Assembly (NCBI GenBank): GCA_013239625.1
Contig: MU056029.1
Span: 1-64,000, forward strand
Length of the DNA stretch: 64,000 nt
Direction of reading: 5' to 3'
Source: Lama guanicoe
Lineage: Eukaryota
The notes under the pieces are model-generated. The model saw only the letters and a list, made by a program, of their open reading frames with translations, did not search any database and had not been told where the DNA came from. Shown piece by piece: positions 22,020 through 35,300 of this stretch (the first letter of the stretch is position 1; the number at the start of each line of letters is the position of its first letter). A program made the translations under genes and the position numbers.

Positions 22020-23560
22020 AAAATTTTATTTATGTTGAAGTAATTTTAGACTTACAGGAAATTTGCAACAGCAGTACAGAGAGTTCTTGTATATTCTTTA
22101 CCTTACCTTGCTCTCCTCATGTTAACATCTTATATAACCATTATTATAACATTAGTAGATATAACAATTATTGAAATATGTAAATACTATTAAGTAGTCT
22201 GGAGAGCATATTTGAATTTTGCCAATCGTCCCACTAACGTCCCTTTTTTCTAGTTCAAGATCCAATTCAAGATTCTATATTGCATTTATTTGTCATGTGT
22301 CTTTGCCTCTGTGCCAACTCCTAAGTCTGGGGGAGTTTCTCAGTCTTTCTTTGTATGTCATAACCTAGACACATTTGAGGAAGATGAGACTGTAATTTTG
22401 TACAAAGGTCCTCAGTATGGATGTGTGTAGTATTTTCTCATGATTAGATTGGGGTCGTGTGCTTTTGGCAACGAGTGCTTTTCAGTGGATCATGTCAGTA
22501 GGACGTGAAGTCAATATGTCTTATTTCTGATGGTGGTACATACGATCACTTGGTTAAAGTTGTGTATGCCAGGTTTCTCCACTGCAAAGTTACTACTTTT
22601 TTTTCATTTCAATTAACAGATATTTTATGAGGAAATGCTTTGAGACTATGCAAAGATTTTTCTCTCTCATCATACATTTTTACTCACTAATTTTAGAATC
22701 CATTGACGGTTCTTGTCTACAGGAATTAATACTATGATGTTTACCTAATGTTGGTTTTCTACTTCCATGGTACTTTCTACACTTATTCGTTAGAATTTAA
22801 CTACAGGACAGAACTGTTTTCCCCCATTTTGTATGTATTCAGTTGTTTTACATCAGTACAGATTATGATATTTACTCTGGTCTATGGGTTTTCATATACT
22901 GTAATAATTATTTATTTTTACTTCTAAAAATTTCCAAGATTTGACCATTAGAAGCTCTTTTTTAAAGTTGGCTCCTGTGTTCTTTCACCATGCCCATAGA
23001 ATTTTTTAAGCACTTCTTTATTTTCTGCTTCCACAGATGTTGTAGGCTTATTTTTGCCTTCCTCAAACCTGGAATCAACCATTTTTTTAAGGATCTTTGG
23101 CTCTTTGTGTTGGGAAAATAGTATTTAGAAACCAAAATCTGAGTGCTATGTGTGCTTACTGCTACTGAGAAATCATTTCTCCTAGGTCCTACTAATGCAC
23201 AGAGGTGAGAAATATGTTTCAGTTTACTCATACACACATGCACACATCTAAATAACTTTTATCTCTCTCCATCTGTGTGTGTGTTGTATCTCCACACTGA
23301 TATTTCTGATTACAATTCAATATCACAGGACTCGGTTCATTCTTTCCTTATTTATAACTCCTTTCCCTAACAGCAAGAAACCTACTGTTTTCATTATCCA
23401 CAATATTTTCTTATTTCCTTAATCCAATATATACATAAAGTAGTTTCAGAATCGCTAAAACATACCCCTTTTAAAAAGAAAATGACTAACTAAACTACAA
23501 TATTTAAACATTGTCTCTTTTTCTTTTCCCTTCCAGTATCCAGTCAACACACTATTTTCC
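22020..23560 (-). mobile_element. LINE-1 3' UTR (L1MC/MD-like)
   Basis: aattttagacttacaggaaatttgcaacagcagtacagagagttc end motif; 22960-23170 is the reverse-complement homolog of the L1 3' UTR at ~46330-46720. Confidence 0.75.
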
Positions 23561-24601
23561 AAACTTAGATAGGTTAAGTTTTTGTGGTTTTTTTTTGTTT
23601 TTTGTTTTTTGTTTTACCCCCAGACCCCCTACATAGGTTAAGAATAGAGTCCAGTACTTCTCATACTGTTTAGTTTCCAATCTGAGTTCCTCCCTCTCAT
23701 GGTTGATTCTAACTATTTATTTCTGCAACATGAAACGTTACTATGGCTCTAAAAATTAGACCTTTGAGAACTGTTATTCTTCTCTCACTATGCTTGTCCC
23801 ATTCCTCCCATCTTTCCCCTGCCTAGTCTCACTCAATCCGTACAGGTAACTAGTCTCATTAGATTCTGGTTTATCTTTTCTCTTTTTCTTGGTCACAGGT
23901 GGGTAAATACATGCATATTTTATCATATCCCCATCCTTCTTACATGAATGGTAGCATATGGTAGATGCTCTTCAACAGTTGCCTTTTCTGCTTCAGTATC
24001 ATAGAAATCATTTCAGCAGTATGAAGATTCAAAGACATCTTCCTCTGCGTTCTGGTTGTTACTTAATTCTGTGTCTGTACCACAGTTTATTCCACCACTC
24101 TGCTGAATGAGAATTGTTTGTAACCGTTTTACACTGCAGACATTTAAAAACTGGATTGTTTATTCACTCATCATTTGTAAGAGTTCTTTATGTTAACAGT
24201 ATAACATTTCTTGACCAATATATGTATTGCAAAAGTTTCTCCCATCAAGTAGCTTATATATTCATTCTTTTCTTTTTAATGCCCATGTGGTCTAACCTGC
24301 AAAATAGCCCAAATTTTCTAATTGTTCATTCCTACCTGCTGTTATTCTCACTCTCTCTTTTCCTTTTTCTTTTTGCTGTCTTTTTTATTGAATAAAAGTT
24401 ATATAACACAAAATTAAATATGTTAAATTGTAGTGTCCAATGGCATTTAATACATTCACAATATTTTGCAACCATCGTCTTTATATAATTCCAAAACATT
24501 TTCAGTACCCTAAAAGAAAACCTATGTCTATTAAGCAGTCAGTTCCCACTCGTCTTTCCCTGCCGTTTCATTTCAAGTTGTATTTTTACAAGCAGACACT
24601 T

Positions 24602-25170
24602 CATTTTCCTTTTTCAGTTTTATTAGGTAGAATTATTACAATTCAACTGCACTTACACATTATATTGCATGTAAATACATATATACAGTATACTGCACAT
24701 TTTTTAGTTACATATATGTACTAATTATTGCTTCTAAGAACAAATTAGAGCTTTAGCTTTTTAAAGTTACCATAGTTATCAAAGGAATAAAGAAAGCCAA
24801 GAACAAAATAAGAATCAATAGACTGTGGCAATCCAACCATAAAGGACAGTCAGATGTGCTTACACAGTGTATTCAAGAAATCAGTCATCTTAGTTATAAA
24901 TAAGTCATTCATTTGTGTCTTTATTATTATTGTTATTATTTTTTAGATTCCTCATATAAATGATGTCATATGGCATTTTTCTATTTCTGGCCCACTTTAC
25001 TTAGAATGGCAATTTTCAGGTCCATCCGTGTTGCTGCAAATGGCATTATTTTATTATTTTTATGGCTGAGTAGTATTCCATTGGATATATGTACTGCATC
25101 TTCTTTATCCAGTCATCTGTTGATGGACATTTAGGTTGTTTCCATGTCTTGGCTATTGTAAATATTGTGT
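24602..25170 (-). mobile_element. Retro-insertion: younger L1 3' fragment fused to non-L1 polyadenylated sequence
   Basis: TSD AAGCAGACACTT at 24590-24601 and 25171-25182; well-preserved L1 sequence ~24895-25170. Confidence 0.8.
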
Positions 25171-25182
25171 AAGCAGACACTT

Positions 25183-28100
25183 TTAATGTTGATGAAGGTT
25201 CAGCATAACAATTGGATTCTTTTCTTTTTATAGAGAACTCATTATTAGCATTTGCAAATATATTCTTTTAAGTTTTCTTCTATAAGTTTTACATTGATAA
25301 CTTTTACACATAAATATACCATCTATCTCAAATCAGTTTTATGTGTGGTATGATATTGAGGTCAAAGTTCTTTTTTTTTTTCATATATTCCTCCAGTTTT
25401 TCCAGAACAATTTGCAGGAAAGACTTTTCTTTTTCATTTGAATTACCTGATGCCTTTGCTGAAAATAAATTGACTAGATATGTATGGATCTATGAACATT
25501 TTAGTTTTTTCTGTTTTTATGTCATTCATTTTCATTGAAGTGTAATAGTAAATCTTTAAATAAGGTAGTGTGAATCCAAGCCACTGTTCTCTTATTTCAA
25601 GGTTTTGTAGGGAGCTGACCTATGGTATTTTCACTTAAATTTTAGAATTAAATTGTCAACTTCCTAAAAAGGAAACCCTGCTGAGATATTGATTTTAATT
25701 ACATTTAACTTATCAATCAGTTTAGAATTGACAACTTAACAATATTGAGTCTTAACAACCCACAAGAGTGATCTGTTTTCCATGTACTAGGTCATCTTTA
25801 ATTTCTCACAGTAATCTTTTATAGTTTTCAGTATAGAAGCATACTTTGTAATTTTCAGTAGAGAAACATACTTTGTTAAGTGTATCTATTTGATTTATGT
25901 TTTGTGCTAATATTATAAATAAATATTTTTAAATTTTCCAGATATTGTTGCTGTTATATAAAATTGAAACTGAGTACATTGAGCCTCTGTCCTGTGGCCC
26001 TACTAAGTTAATTTATTAGTTTTTGCAATTATTATTTATATTTAGGGATTTTCTACAGAAGCAGTTATGCCATCTGTTAATAAAACAGTTTTTATTACTT
26101 ATTTTTGAATATTTATGGTTTCCCCTTTTTTTTTTTTTTGCATTATGACATTGCCAGAGACCTCCAGTACAATACTGAATAGAAGTGGTGTCAGTGAATA
26201 TTCTTGTCTTTCCCAATCTTAGGAGAAATTATACAATTTCTCACCATTAGGAAAGATATTACATGTAAGCTTTTTGTAGGTACCCTTTACTATATTGAAT
26301 GACTTTTCTTCTAGCCCTAGTTTGCTGATAATTTTTACAATAAGTAGGTATGAACTTTATTGAATGTTTTTCTACACTTTCTGATGTAATGATGTTTTGC
26401 CCATTACTCTCTTATGGGAAATTATATTGATCAATTTTTAAATGTCAACCATCATTACATTCCTGATATAAGCTCCACTTGGTCACTATCCTTTTAGTAT
26501 ATATGTCTATGCTCAGCTTATTAATAGCTACTTAAGGATTTTTCATCAATGTTCTTAACGGCCATCAGCCTGGGGTTTTCTTATTCATATTTCCTTCCTT
26601 CTTCTTACTTTGATTTAATATGCTTTTCTGTGATAGCTACTTGACTCATTTCTGGTGAATTTTCTATCCTCATATAAGTAGTTTAAGGCTATAAGCACTG
26701 CATAAATGCAGCCAACAAATTTTGATGTTATTTGAATTATTACTTAGTTCAAAATTTTTCTCATTTCTTTTGCAATTTATTTTGGCCTATTACTTATTTT
26801 TAAATGGAGTATTTAACTTCTGAATATTTGGGACTTTTTCTGGTAACTTATTAATAATTTATACTTTAATTTTATTTTGGTAAAAAATGGAACTCTAATA
26901 TTTCAGCTTTACCAAATTTATTGAGATTTATGGTCTAGCATATAGTCTATCTTGATGAAAGTTCCACATGAACACGTGTGTACTAGGCAGTCACTGAGTA
27001 CAATGCTCTACAAATGTCAATAATTCTAAGTGTTCAGATTTTGTTCAGGTATATTTAAAATTTCTATATCTTTAGTGATTATTTTCTTGTTCTATCAGTT
27101 ATTAAGAAAAAAGTATTACATTTTTCTGCCTGTAGTTGTGAATTTCTCTCTTTAGTTCTCTTATTTAATTATGTATTTGAAGATCTTTCATTTTTCACAT
27201 TTTTATGACTATCATTACTCCTTGATGAATTTTCTCTTTCCCAATTTGATACATCTCCCTTTATCTTAGATATATTTGTTGTCTTGAAGTCTACTTTTTC
27301 TTGTGTTAGAATAGTGATAACATATTTTTTATGGTACTGTTTGTCTGATATATTTTCCATCTTTTTACTTTCAATCTATCAGTGCCTTTATATTTATAGT
27401 GTTTCTATTGTAGACAGCACATACTTGGTGTTGATTTTTATCCAGTTTAATCACCAGTGCCTTTTAAATCTTTGAAGTCTTTTGGTCCATTTACATTAAA
27501 TATACTTATATATTTGGATGTAATTAGATTTATGCCTACCAATTAGCTTTTTTTATTTTTCTATTTATACCTTTTAATTTGGTCCTCTCTCCATGCTTTA
27601 CTTTATTCTCTTGGCAAAGAATTGAATAATTGCCAAATTATTGTATATTCTAGTATTCTGTATCAATTTCTCTATTTATATTTAGGGTCTGCTTCTATGT
27701 ATTTTTGTTTAGGGGTTCCATATGGATTATAATATGTACCTTTAACTTACAGCAGTCTTAGAATTAACATTTTACACTTCATTTAAGGTGTAAGAATTTT
27801 GCAGCAAAATAGTTACACTGAGAAATCCTTTGTCCTCCGTTCTCTTGTCGTTTTATATTTACATGTGGTGTAAACTCTCTATATTATAGCTTTCCTTTTA
27901 CAATTAATAGTGTTCCAAATGCACTGAGAGGATACTTGTATTTACCCATATATTTAACATTTTTTTCCCTTCTGTTTCCATCTTTTGCTCTTTACCTTGA
28001 GCCTGAAGAACTACTTTTAGCATTCCTTCAGTGGAGATGTATTAACAACAAATTCTCTCTTTTCATCTGTCTGAAAATATATTTTACCTTTATTTTTACT

Positions 28101-28790
28101 GAATATAAAATTACGGGTTGACTTTTTTCCTTCTTTCAGCACCTTAAGAATGGCATTTCATTGCTTTCTGGCTTCTATTATTTTTATAAGAATTTAGCTA
28201 TCCTTGTATTTATTTATTTGTATTTAATGTATCTTTTTTTCCTCTGTCTACTTCCAAGTTTTTTTCTGTATTTGTGTATGTAAGTGTGGTGTTCTTTGTA
28301 TTTATTTTGTTTGGTATCGAACTTCTTGATGTGTAGACTGATATTCCATGAAATTTGGGATATCTTTAGCCCTCTTTTCTTCCAGTAATTTTTCCCCTTA
28401 TCCCTACCCCTGCCTTTTCATTGTGGACTACAACTTTACCTATGTTGGAATGCTTTCTATTTTTACATAGATTATTAATGCTCTGCTCATTTTTAAAAAT
28501 AATTTTTCCTGTGTTCTTCCAGTTTAGTGATTTCTGTTGAGCTGGCCTCTGATTTTTTTAGTAGACTTTCTTCTGCTCTTGCTAATTTTACTTCAAATTT
28601 TTCACTTTGCTTCTTATCCTTTTTAGTTCTAGAATTTTCATTATAGTTCATTTTTGTAATTTCCCTTTCTCTGCTTATATTCACTATCCATTCATTAAGA
28701 GCACTTTTTCCTTTAACTCTTTTGAATGTATTTTAATAGGTTCTTTAAAGTCCTTTTCTATTAAGACCATATCTAGGTGATTATAGGATA
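25183..28790 (-). mobile_element. Old LINE-1 (ORF2 to ORF1 remnants)
   Basis: Antisense L1 motifs; ORF remnants ...FTDTTSIQYCTGG (26016-26216) and ILTQEKVDFKTTNISK (27169-27360). Confidence 0.85.
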
Positions 28791-28799
28791 TGTTTCTAC

Positions 28800-29320
28800 T
28801 GACATACGTGCAATTGGAGTCTTGGAAAAAGAGAGTGATAGTGAGCAGAAAAAAAATAATTTAGGAAATATGTTAGTTAATATAAAAGATATTTTTATCT
28901 TTTCTTTCAATATTTGAAAGCCATATTAATAGTGAAAACAAAAGTTATAATACTAGGTTGCGGGTGTAGTAACACATGTGAATACAATCTATATTACAAC
29001 AACAGTAGACAGGATGGGGCAAGGACAAATGTAAACAATAGTGGTACATGATTCTTACACTTCATATGAAGCTGTATTACATTAACTCTAAGTGGACTCT
29101 GCTAATTTAAAGATGCATCATATAACCATACAACAGTCACTAAAAGATGTAGAGAACTACAGCTTGAAATCCAATAGAAGAATTAAAATATAATAATAAA
29201 TACTTTATTAACCCAAAATAATGCAGGAAAGAATGAAGAAAGGAACTAAATTATACAGGGTATATAGAAAATAAAAAACAAAATCATATACCTAAAGCCA
29301 ACCATATTGATAATTACTTT
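28800..29320 (+). mobile_element. LINE-1 fragment (ORF1/inter-ORF), opposite orientation to its neighbour
   Basis: Abrupt switch from T-rich to A-rich at ~28800; catacgtgcaattggagtcttggaaaaaagagag ORF1-like motif. Confidence 0.65.
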
Positions 29321-32300
29321 ACACTGTAGTTTTTTATTGCTTTGGTTGGTAAAACACTGGGTGAAATATTTTAGAATTTCTTTGTAGTTTTTTCTAAATC
29401 TCATGGATTTTGTGCCAATTTTGCTTTATAAAATTTGATGTTATGACATTTACCCTTAATGTTTCAATACAATTTTATCTTCTGTGGATTGTACTTTTGA
29501 TTGTGAGTAACTATCTTATTTTTCTGTTGAAAGCTCTTTTTAATCTCAGATGTCTCTTTTTGAAAAACATTCAGTGGCATTATTTTTAATTTAATATTAT
29601 TTTTAAAATTAGATAATATAATCCTATTATTCTTATTTATATAAACAGGTAGGGTTGTTCTTATTTATCTTTGCCATTTTATAATTCTCCCTTTTTTCTT
29701 AAGTGATTTGTTGTGTTTTAATTTGACTTTAATCTGTTTTTATATAACTAGTGTTTCCTCCATTTCACTCATTTAGAAGATATGTTGCATGTATGTTTTT
29801 TAGATTACTTACATACCTTTAAATTATATGGTAAAGCAAACATATTTCATAATTTTTATTTGATCAACTTAATAGAGGCTTCCTTGCTTGAAAGAAGAAA
29901 ATGACACATCTATGAATTCCTTATTCATGTAATAAAATAATGTCTATGATAATAAATGTTTTTATTTATTGAATGCACACTTTAAAATGATGGATTTTCT
30001 GCTGAAATGTTTGTAAACCTTGAATTTTTAAAATTTTCCAATCACCCCATGAGATATGTATTAGAATGTTATAAATTTGACATATAATAATGTAATATAT
30101 TTTATATGAGTATAGTAAGGATACTCATACTGCCTTCCTCTAATTGCTCTTTTGAGTAATAAATGTCTTCATATAGATAAAGCAGCTTGGAAAAATTTAG
30201 GGCATAATACTGCAGTGAACAAATGCTGGGAATAGCAATGATAATGGTAGTCGTAGTAACTGGTGGAGGCCATAAATGAACTCGGATATATCATTACTGC
30301 ATAACTGTTTGCTTGACCATCATACCTTGATTCTTTCCACACCAGAGCTTCACTTTGCTGGCATAATCTGATATTTTAACCCCATAGTCACGTATTACAT
30401 CTGCATAATTATTATTCAGTTATAATATCTGTACAAATACATTACACAAAGTCAAATTTTTGGATTTATTCCATCCTTGCATTCTGTTTTGCAGCAGTAG
30501 ATATAATGTGATCAACAATTAATTACATATCAAAGAGAATTTGGTTGCCATCTCTTGCTCCATGATACTATCTTCACACCACTTTTACCCCCACCCCCAT
30601 TGGTAGTACTACGTTCTCAAGAAGAATTCAAGAAGCACTCTGGAAATAATATAATTCCTCAGTCTTGATGTTATTAGCCCTCCTTTGTATTTACTCATAA
30701 TTGTCATGATTAGTCATATCTCTCAGTTATAAATGAAATATGTACAGCATAATACCTTTAAAAGGAGAAACGAAATTCATAAGCCTCTGTAACTGATGAG
30801 TCCAGCTTCAGCCTCAGTGGAAACCAGGAATCCAGCATCTAAAGAAGCATCTGCCCTTGTGCTCACTTCTCATCTCTTAGTTCCATGCTTCTTGGCTTTG
30901 ATTAATTTGGCGGTCAATTTTTTTCTCTAAATAATTGGCCAAAAGGCCATTTTAAAATCCTACATTCAGTTATCTGCTTTGCAATTTCAGTAAAATGTGA
31001 ACTTTTCTCTCCCATTTTCTATAGAGAAGTCCAAAAGTGGAGGAATGGGCCTGTCTTGAGTTACTAAGATAGTCACTGACCCAAGAACAGGAGCTCTGGG
31101 TAGTCTGGTCAGATCCTCAGGGGAGGTAGGGTACCCCATGATTATCAGCTCTTCCAACACCTCATAGTCTGGTAGAGAATGTCCCCTAAAAGGAAGGGAA
31201 GGGGAGTCCATTGCAAATATGACCAGGCAGCTATAAAGTATAAGCTAGTGCTCTAATGCAAGCCTTTATGACCACATATGTCATTTTAATAATTACCACA
31301 AGCTTGTATTATCAAACAACCCCACATGCCACCAAATACGCGTTGTAGCCTGATGGACAACAGCTAGGGCTCCCTCTCCGCGGGGGTAGGTTCCTTGGTC
31401 AATTAGTCCAGTTGCTCCTGCTTTGCTTTTGTGGAAGAGCTCGGTTTTCTAGGCCTTAGATGTGATGACAGTGGTTGGAGTGTTCCTTCTTTGTGGACTA
31501 TTATGACTTAAAACTTCCTTTTATCAGGGCTTCAAGGAATTGCTGTTTGTTGTTGGTTAGGTTTTAGGTTTCTAGCTTGGACATACAATTCTCTTGAAGC
31601 ACCACACTGACAGGCAGTTTGAGGAAACTTCTTGGGAAATGAAACGTTATCAGACACCATTACTTATCATGTTATTTAAATCATGACTCTACCTTTAGAG
31701 AAAAAGTCATTATTCCTGTCCTGGCCTTGGGCTGCTGAAGTGAGTAATAGAGCATCACTTCTTTCCTGGGGCCACAGCCTCCTAAATGGGTTCTTTTAAG
31801 GGCTGGTGGTATACCCCTTCCATTAAGCAAAGGGCCATGTATGTAGAGGTGCTGGTAAAGATTTCTCATCTCGCTCTGGCTTGGAAAGAATATTGCTCAT
31901 TGCAAATTTTTCTAGTTTCATGACCATCTGACCCTCAGGTTTCTTACATTTTGTACACTGAAAAAGACATCCTGACAAAGCTGTCTGCCCTTCCCTGCTT
32001 TTAACAGGGCAGCTTAGAATGGCACTTATTTGCAGAAGAGCTCGGTTTGGTATAACATCATGACTAACTACTGCATTCTTAACATCATTACAGTTTTTTG
32101 ATAAAGACCCAAAGACCTCAGGCCATGAATAGCCAAAAGGCTATGTTAATTCACCACTTTGGTAGAATCACAAAATAATTGCCATTTTTCCATTAAAAAG
32201 CCCAACCGTTTAGACATAGAATGTAAGAATGGTAGAGCTTCCTCAAAGGAACCAGAGGAGTGAAGAACATAATGTATGTTAGGAACATAAAGGATTGTCC

Positions 32301-35300
32301 TTTCTCCACTGAATTACGTGTTAGTTCCTAACCTTTGCCCTGCCTGCTCATCCTCTACTTCAGCAAGGCTCTTTTCAGGCTGTTGTAGAATTGAGCGTGT
32401 AAAATTAAATTGATATTTTTCCTTACACATTTGTAAAACAAACAAAAGGAACAAATTTGAAGAAAGAAAAAAAGACTAGGTATCTGATCTATAGAAGCAG
32501 GGCATTAGCCTGTAGTGCAAATGGCAAGGTTTCAACCTCATATATGAAAATTGTACCAGATGAAGGAAACACTGGGGGTCATCCATTTCTCTAACTGCAG
32601 CCAGAGTATAGATTTTTAAATTTTAGTCCCAGAGATATAAATGCAGTATTAGCAACTCTCAGTTTGAAGAAACAGTTACTATTGTTAAAAGCAATCCCAA
32701 CTGCATGTTATATTTCTACAATTTTAAAGTATTTTCTGTCTCTGTCTTCTCCTGAAAATCCTTCTCTAGACAGCCTTAACTGGTGTGAGACCACAGGAAA
32801 CCCTCTGCAGCCTGTTCCACACTCTTCTGGGTGGGACTGACCATCCTCTACCCTGGTCTGGAGAACAATTATTTTCATCCTTAACAAAGTTAAAGGTGTA
32901 AATTGAGAAAAAATTAGAAAAAGAAAAGTCTTCTAAGTGAAACTTCAGGAAGAAGTGGTGTCATCATTCCTAGACCTGTTTGTAATTTCATCCAATTATC
33001 ATTTTAATTTTAATTACTGTCAGTGTTCCTTTCATCCTTGATAACTATAAACTCCATGAGATTGTCTTTTTCATATTCAGATATTAGTGCTTCCCACAGT
33101 TTCTGATCATAGCATGTGCTCAATAAATGAAACTTCAATATTTGAATGATTTACTGAATGATCAAAGGAATTGGTGATTATGTATATTACATATACAGTC
33201 ACACGTAGGTATAGTGTACATACACATAAAAAAGCTGTATATCGATTCAGGAATGCACAGATGCATACATACACACACGTATATGTTATTCATTCTTTCA
33301 GTCTGCTGTGAGTTTTAGTGAGTATGAAAAAATGTGTAAAGTTCAAAGGATAGAATGGAGAAAGGTTATTTGAGGTGAGTATCAGAGATGCAGGTGGACA
33401 TGACACAGAGGACAGGAGAGCACTGACAGCTTCACAGTGAGTGTCCGCACTATGCTGAGTTCCGTAAAATCAGCCAGAGGAAGGACTGTACTTGTGCCTA
33501 GTACAATATGTGGCATAGAGGACATGCTACAGCAATGTTTGCCTGTTGAAGAAATAACCAGAAACATGAATGATTGAATGAATGAGCAAGAGGATTTATC
33601 CTCTACCTGGTATGGGAAGTTTCTTGTAGTTACGGCTTCCAGGAAAGACAGAGTTGTATCCGGAGAGAAACCCATAACTAAAAGTCATGATAAGATATAA
33701 TTTTTGAGGTCAAAAAATTAATTAGTTCTTTTTTAACCTGTCATAAATGAAGATGGTTACAAACATAATACTGTATGTGCTTAAAATTTATTCCTTTTGA
33801 AGGGTGATTTGTTGTTAAATTTATATTCTGCATTGAACAAGCAAACAGATGCAGAAGTAAATGTGATAATACTATCGTAGCATTATCACTGACTGAGGTT
33901 TTCTCCATATACCAGCCACATGCTTTACCCCGTATTCTGTCCTATTTCTTACAAGCATCTACATGTGGGCAGCTATATAGGACTTAGACCCACTTAATTG
34001 AGAGGAAACTCCAATGTGTACAGATCAAGAAAGGAGTCTTGGGACAGCATTGCCCTAGTGACAGAGTAGTTTACCTCTACAGCGTTTGGGCAGAATCCCC
34101 ACTACAGTAAAAACACAAGCTTACCCCTTTACGTGCTCTGCCTACTTTTCCTCTCCTCTTTCAATCCCTGCTTCTAGATGAGATGCAATAGGCATTAAAT
34201 AATTATGATCCACTTTTGTCTCCAAACACTCCAAAATTTAAAAAAAAAAAAAGAATCAAACCTAAAACTATAGAACAGCCTATTTTATCTTACTCAATAA
34301 CCAGGGACAAGCTGAAGTGTAAGAAAGTAAGGGAACACGTCAATTACTGACATCATAGGCAGGAAAGAAAAATATTGGGGAGGGGAAACAATGTAAGAAG
34401 AAGAATCATAATCACCACCATAATAGACACTATTTTTGTAGTACTGGTCTGTTCTTGCCCCTATGGCTGCTGCTTCATATGGTTCTTTATAATCTTAAGA
34501 GTGAACCTATATATTATTTCCTGCATTACAAAGATGAAAAACTTAGGCAAATAATTACCAAGTAGCATACATATTAGCCTAATCTTGAACTTCTGGATTC
34601 AAAGCCCATTTTCTAGGATATCACTCTGTGTACCAGCATGGAATATGCTTTAAATTCATATATTCACTCTAAAAATATTTGTGAATCATGTAACATGAGA
34701 AAGGAACTGTTCTAGGCAGTGGAGAAATATCTGTGAGCAAGATACTAAGGGCGCCTGCAATCAGGATAAGAGAATGTATTAGTAGGTACAACTGCATACT
34801 CATTAAGGAAATGAATGCCAGAATAGATTTCCTGGATCTGAATTTCCATTCACCATGCTTTCCTGGTTATCTCTATGGTGAAAGAATGTGAGGTTAGGGA
34901 AACTTAAGGGACGTTTCATTTAGGACAACATCTGGCACATTATGTGCTCAATAAATATTACTTGTAACTCTTTGAGAAAACATACATTTAAAAATAATTG
35001 ATTTTGGTACGTACATCAAATGCTGGCTCCTAAAAAAAATCACCAAAACTATCTTGCCCCCTTATGATGGCAAGAGAGAGCCCACCCTGGCCAGGTCCCA
35101 GCAGTATGTCAGAGAGGGGAGCACATTTTGAAATTTCATTAAGGTAGGTCTTTCAGCATGGGAGCTTGAGGGAAAAAAGCAATTACAGAATTCCCCTTGA
35201 GTGGTAAAGCTTGAGTTCTAACATCGAGGTCTAGTTTTTCTTCTTCTAGAATTAAGTAATCTCAAGATCTCATCTTCTTAGAGTAGAAACTAATGGGTCA

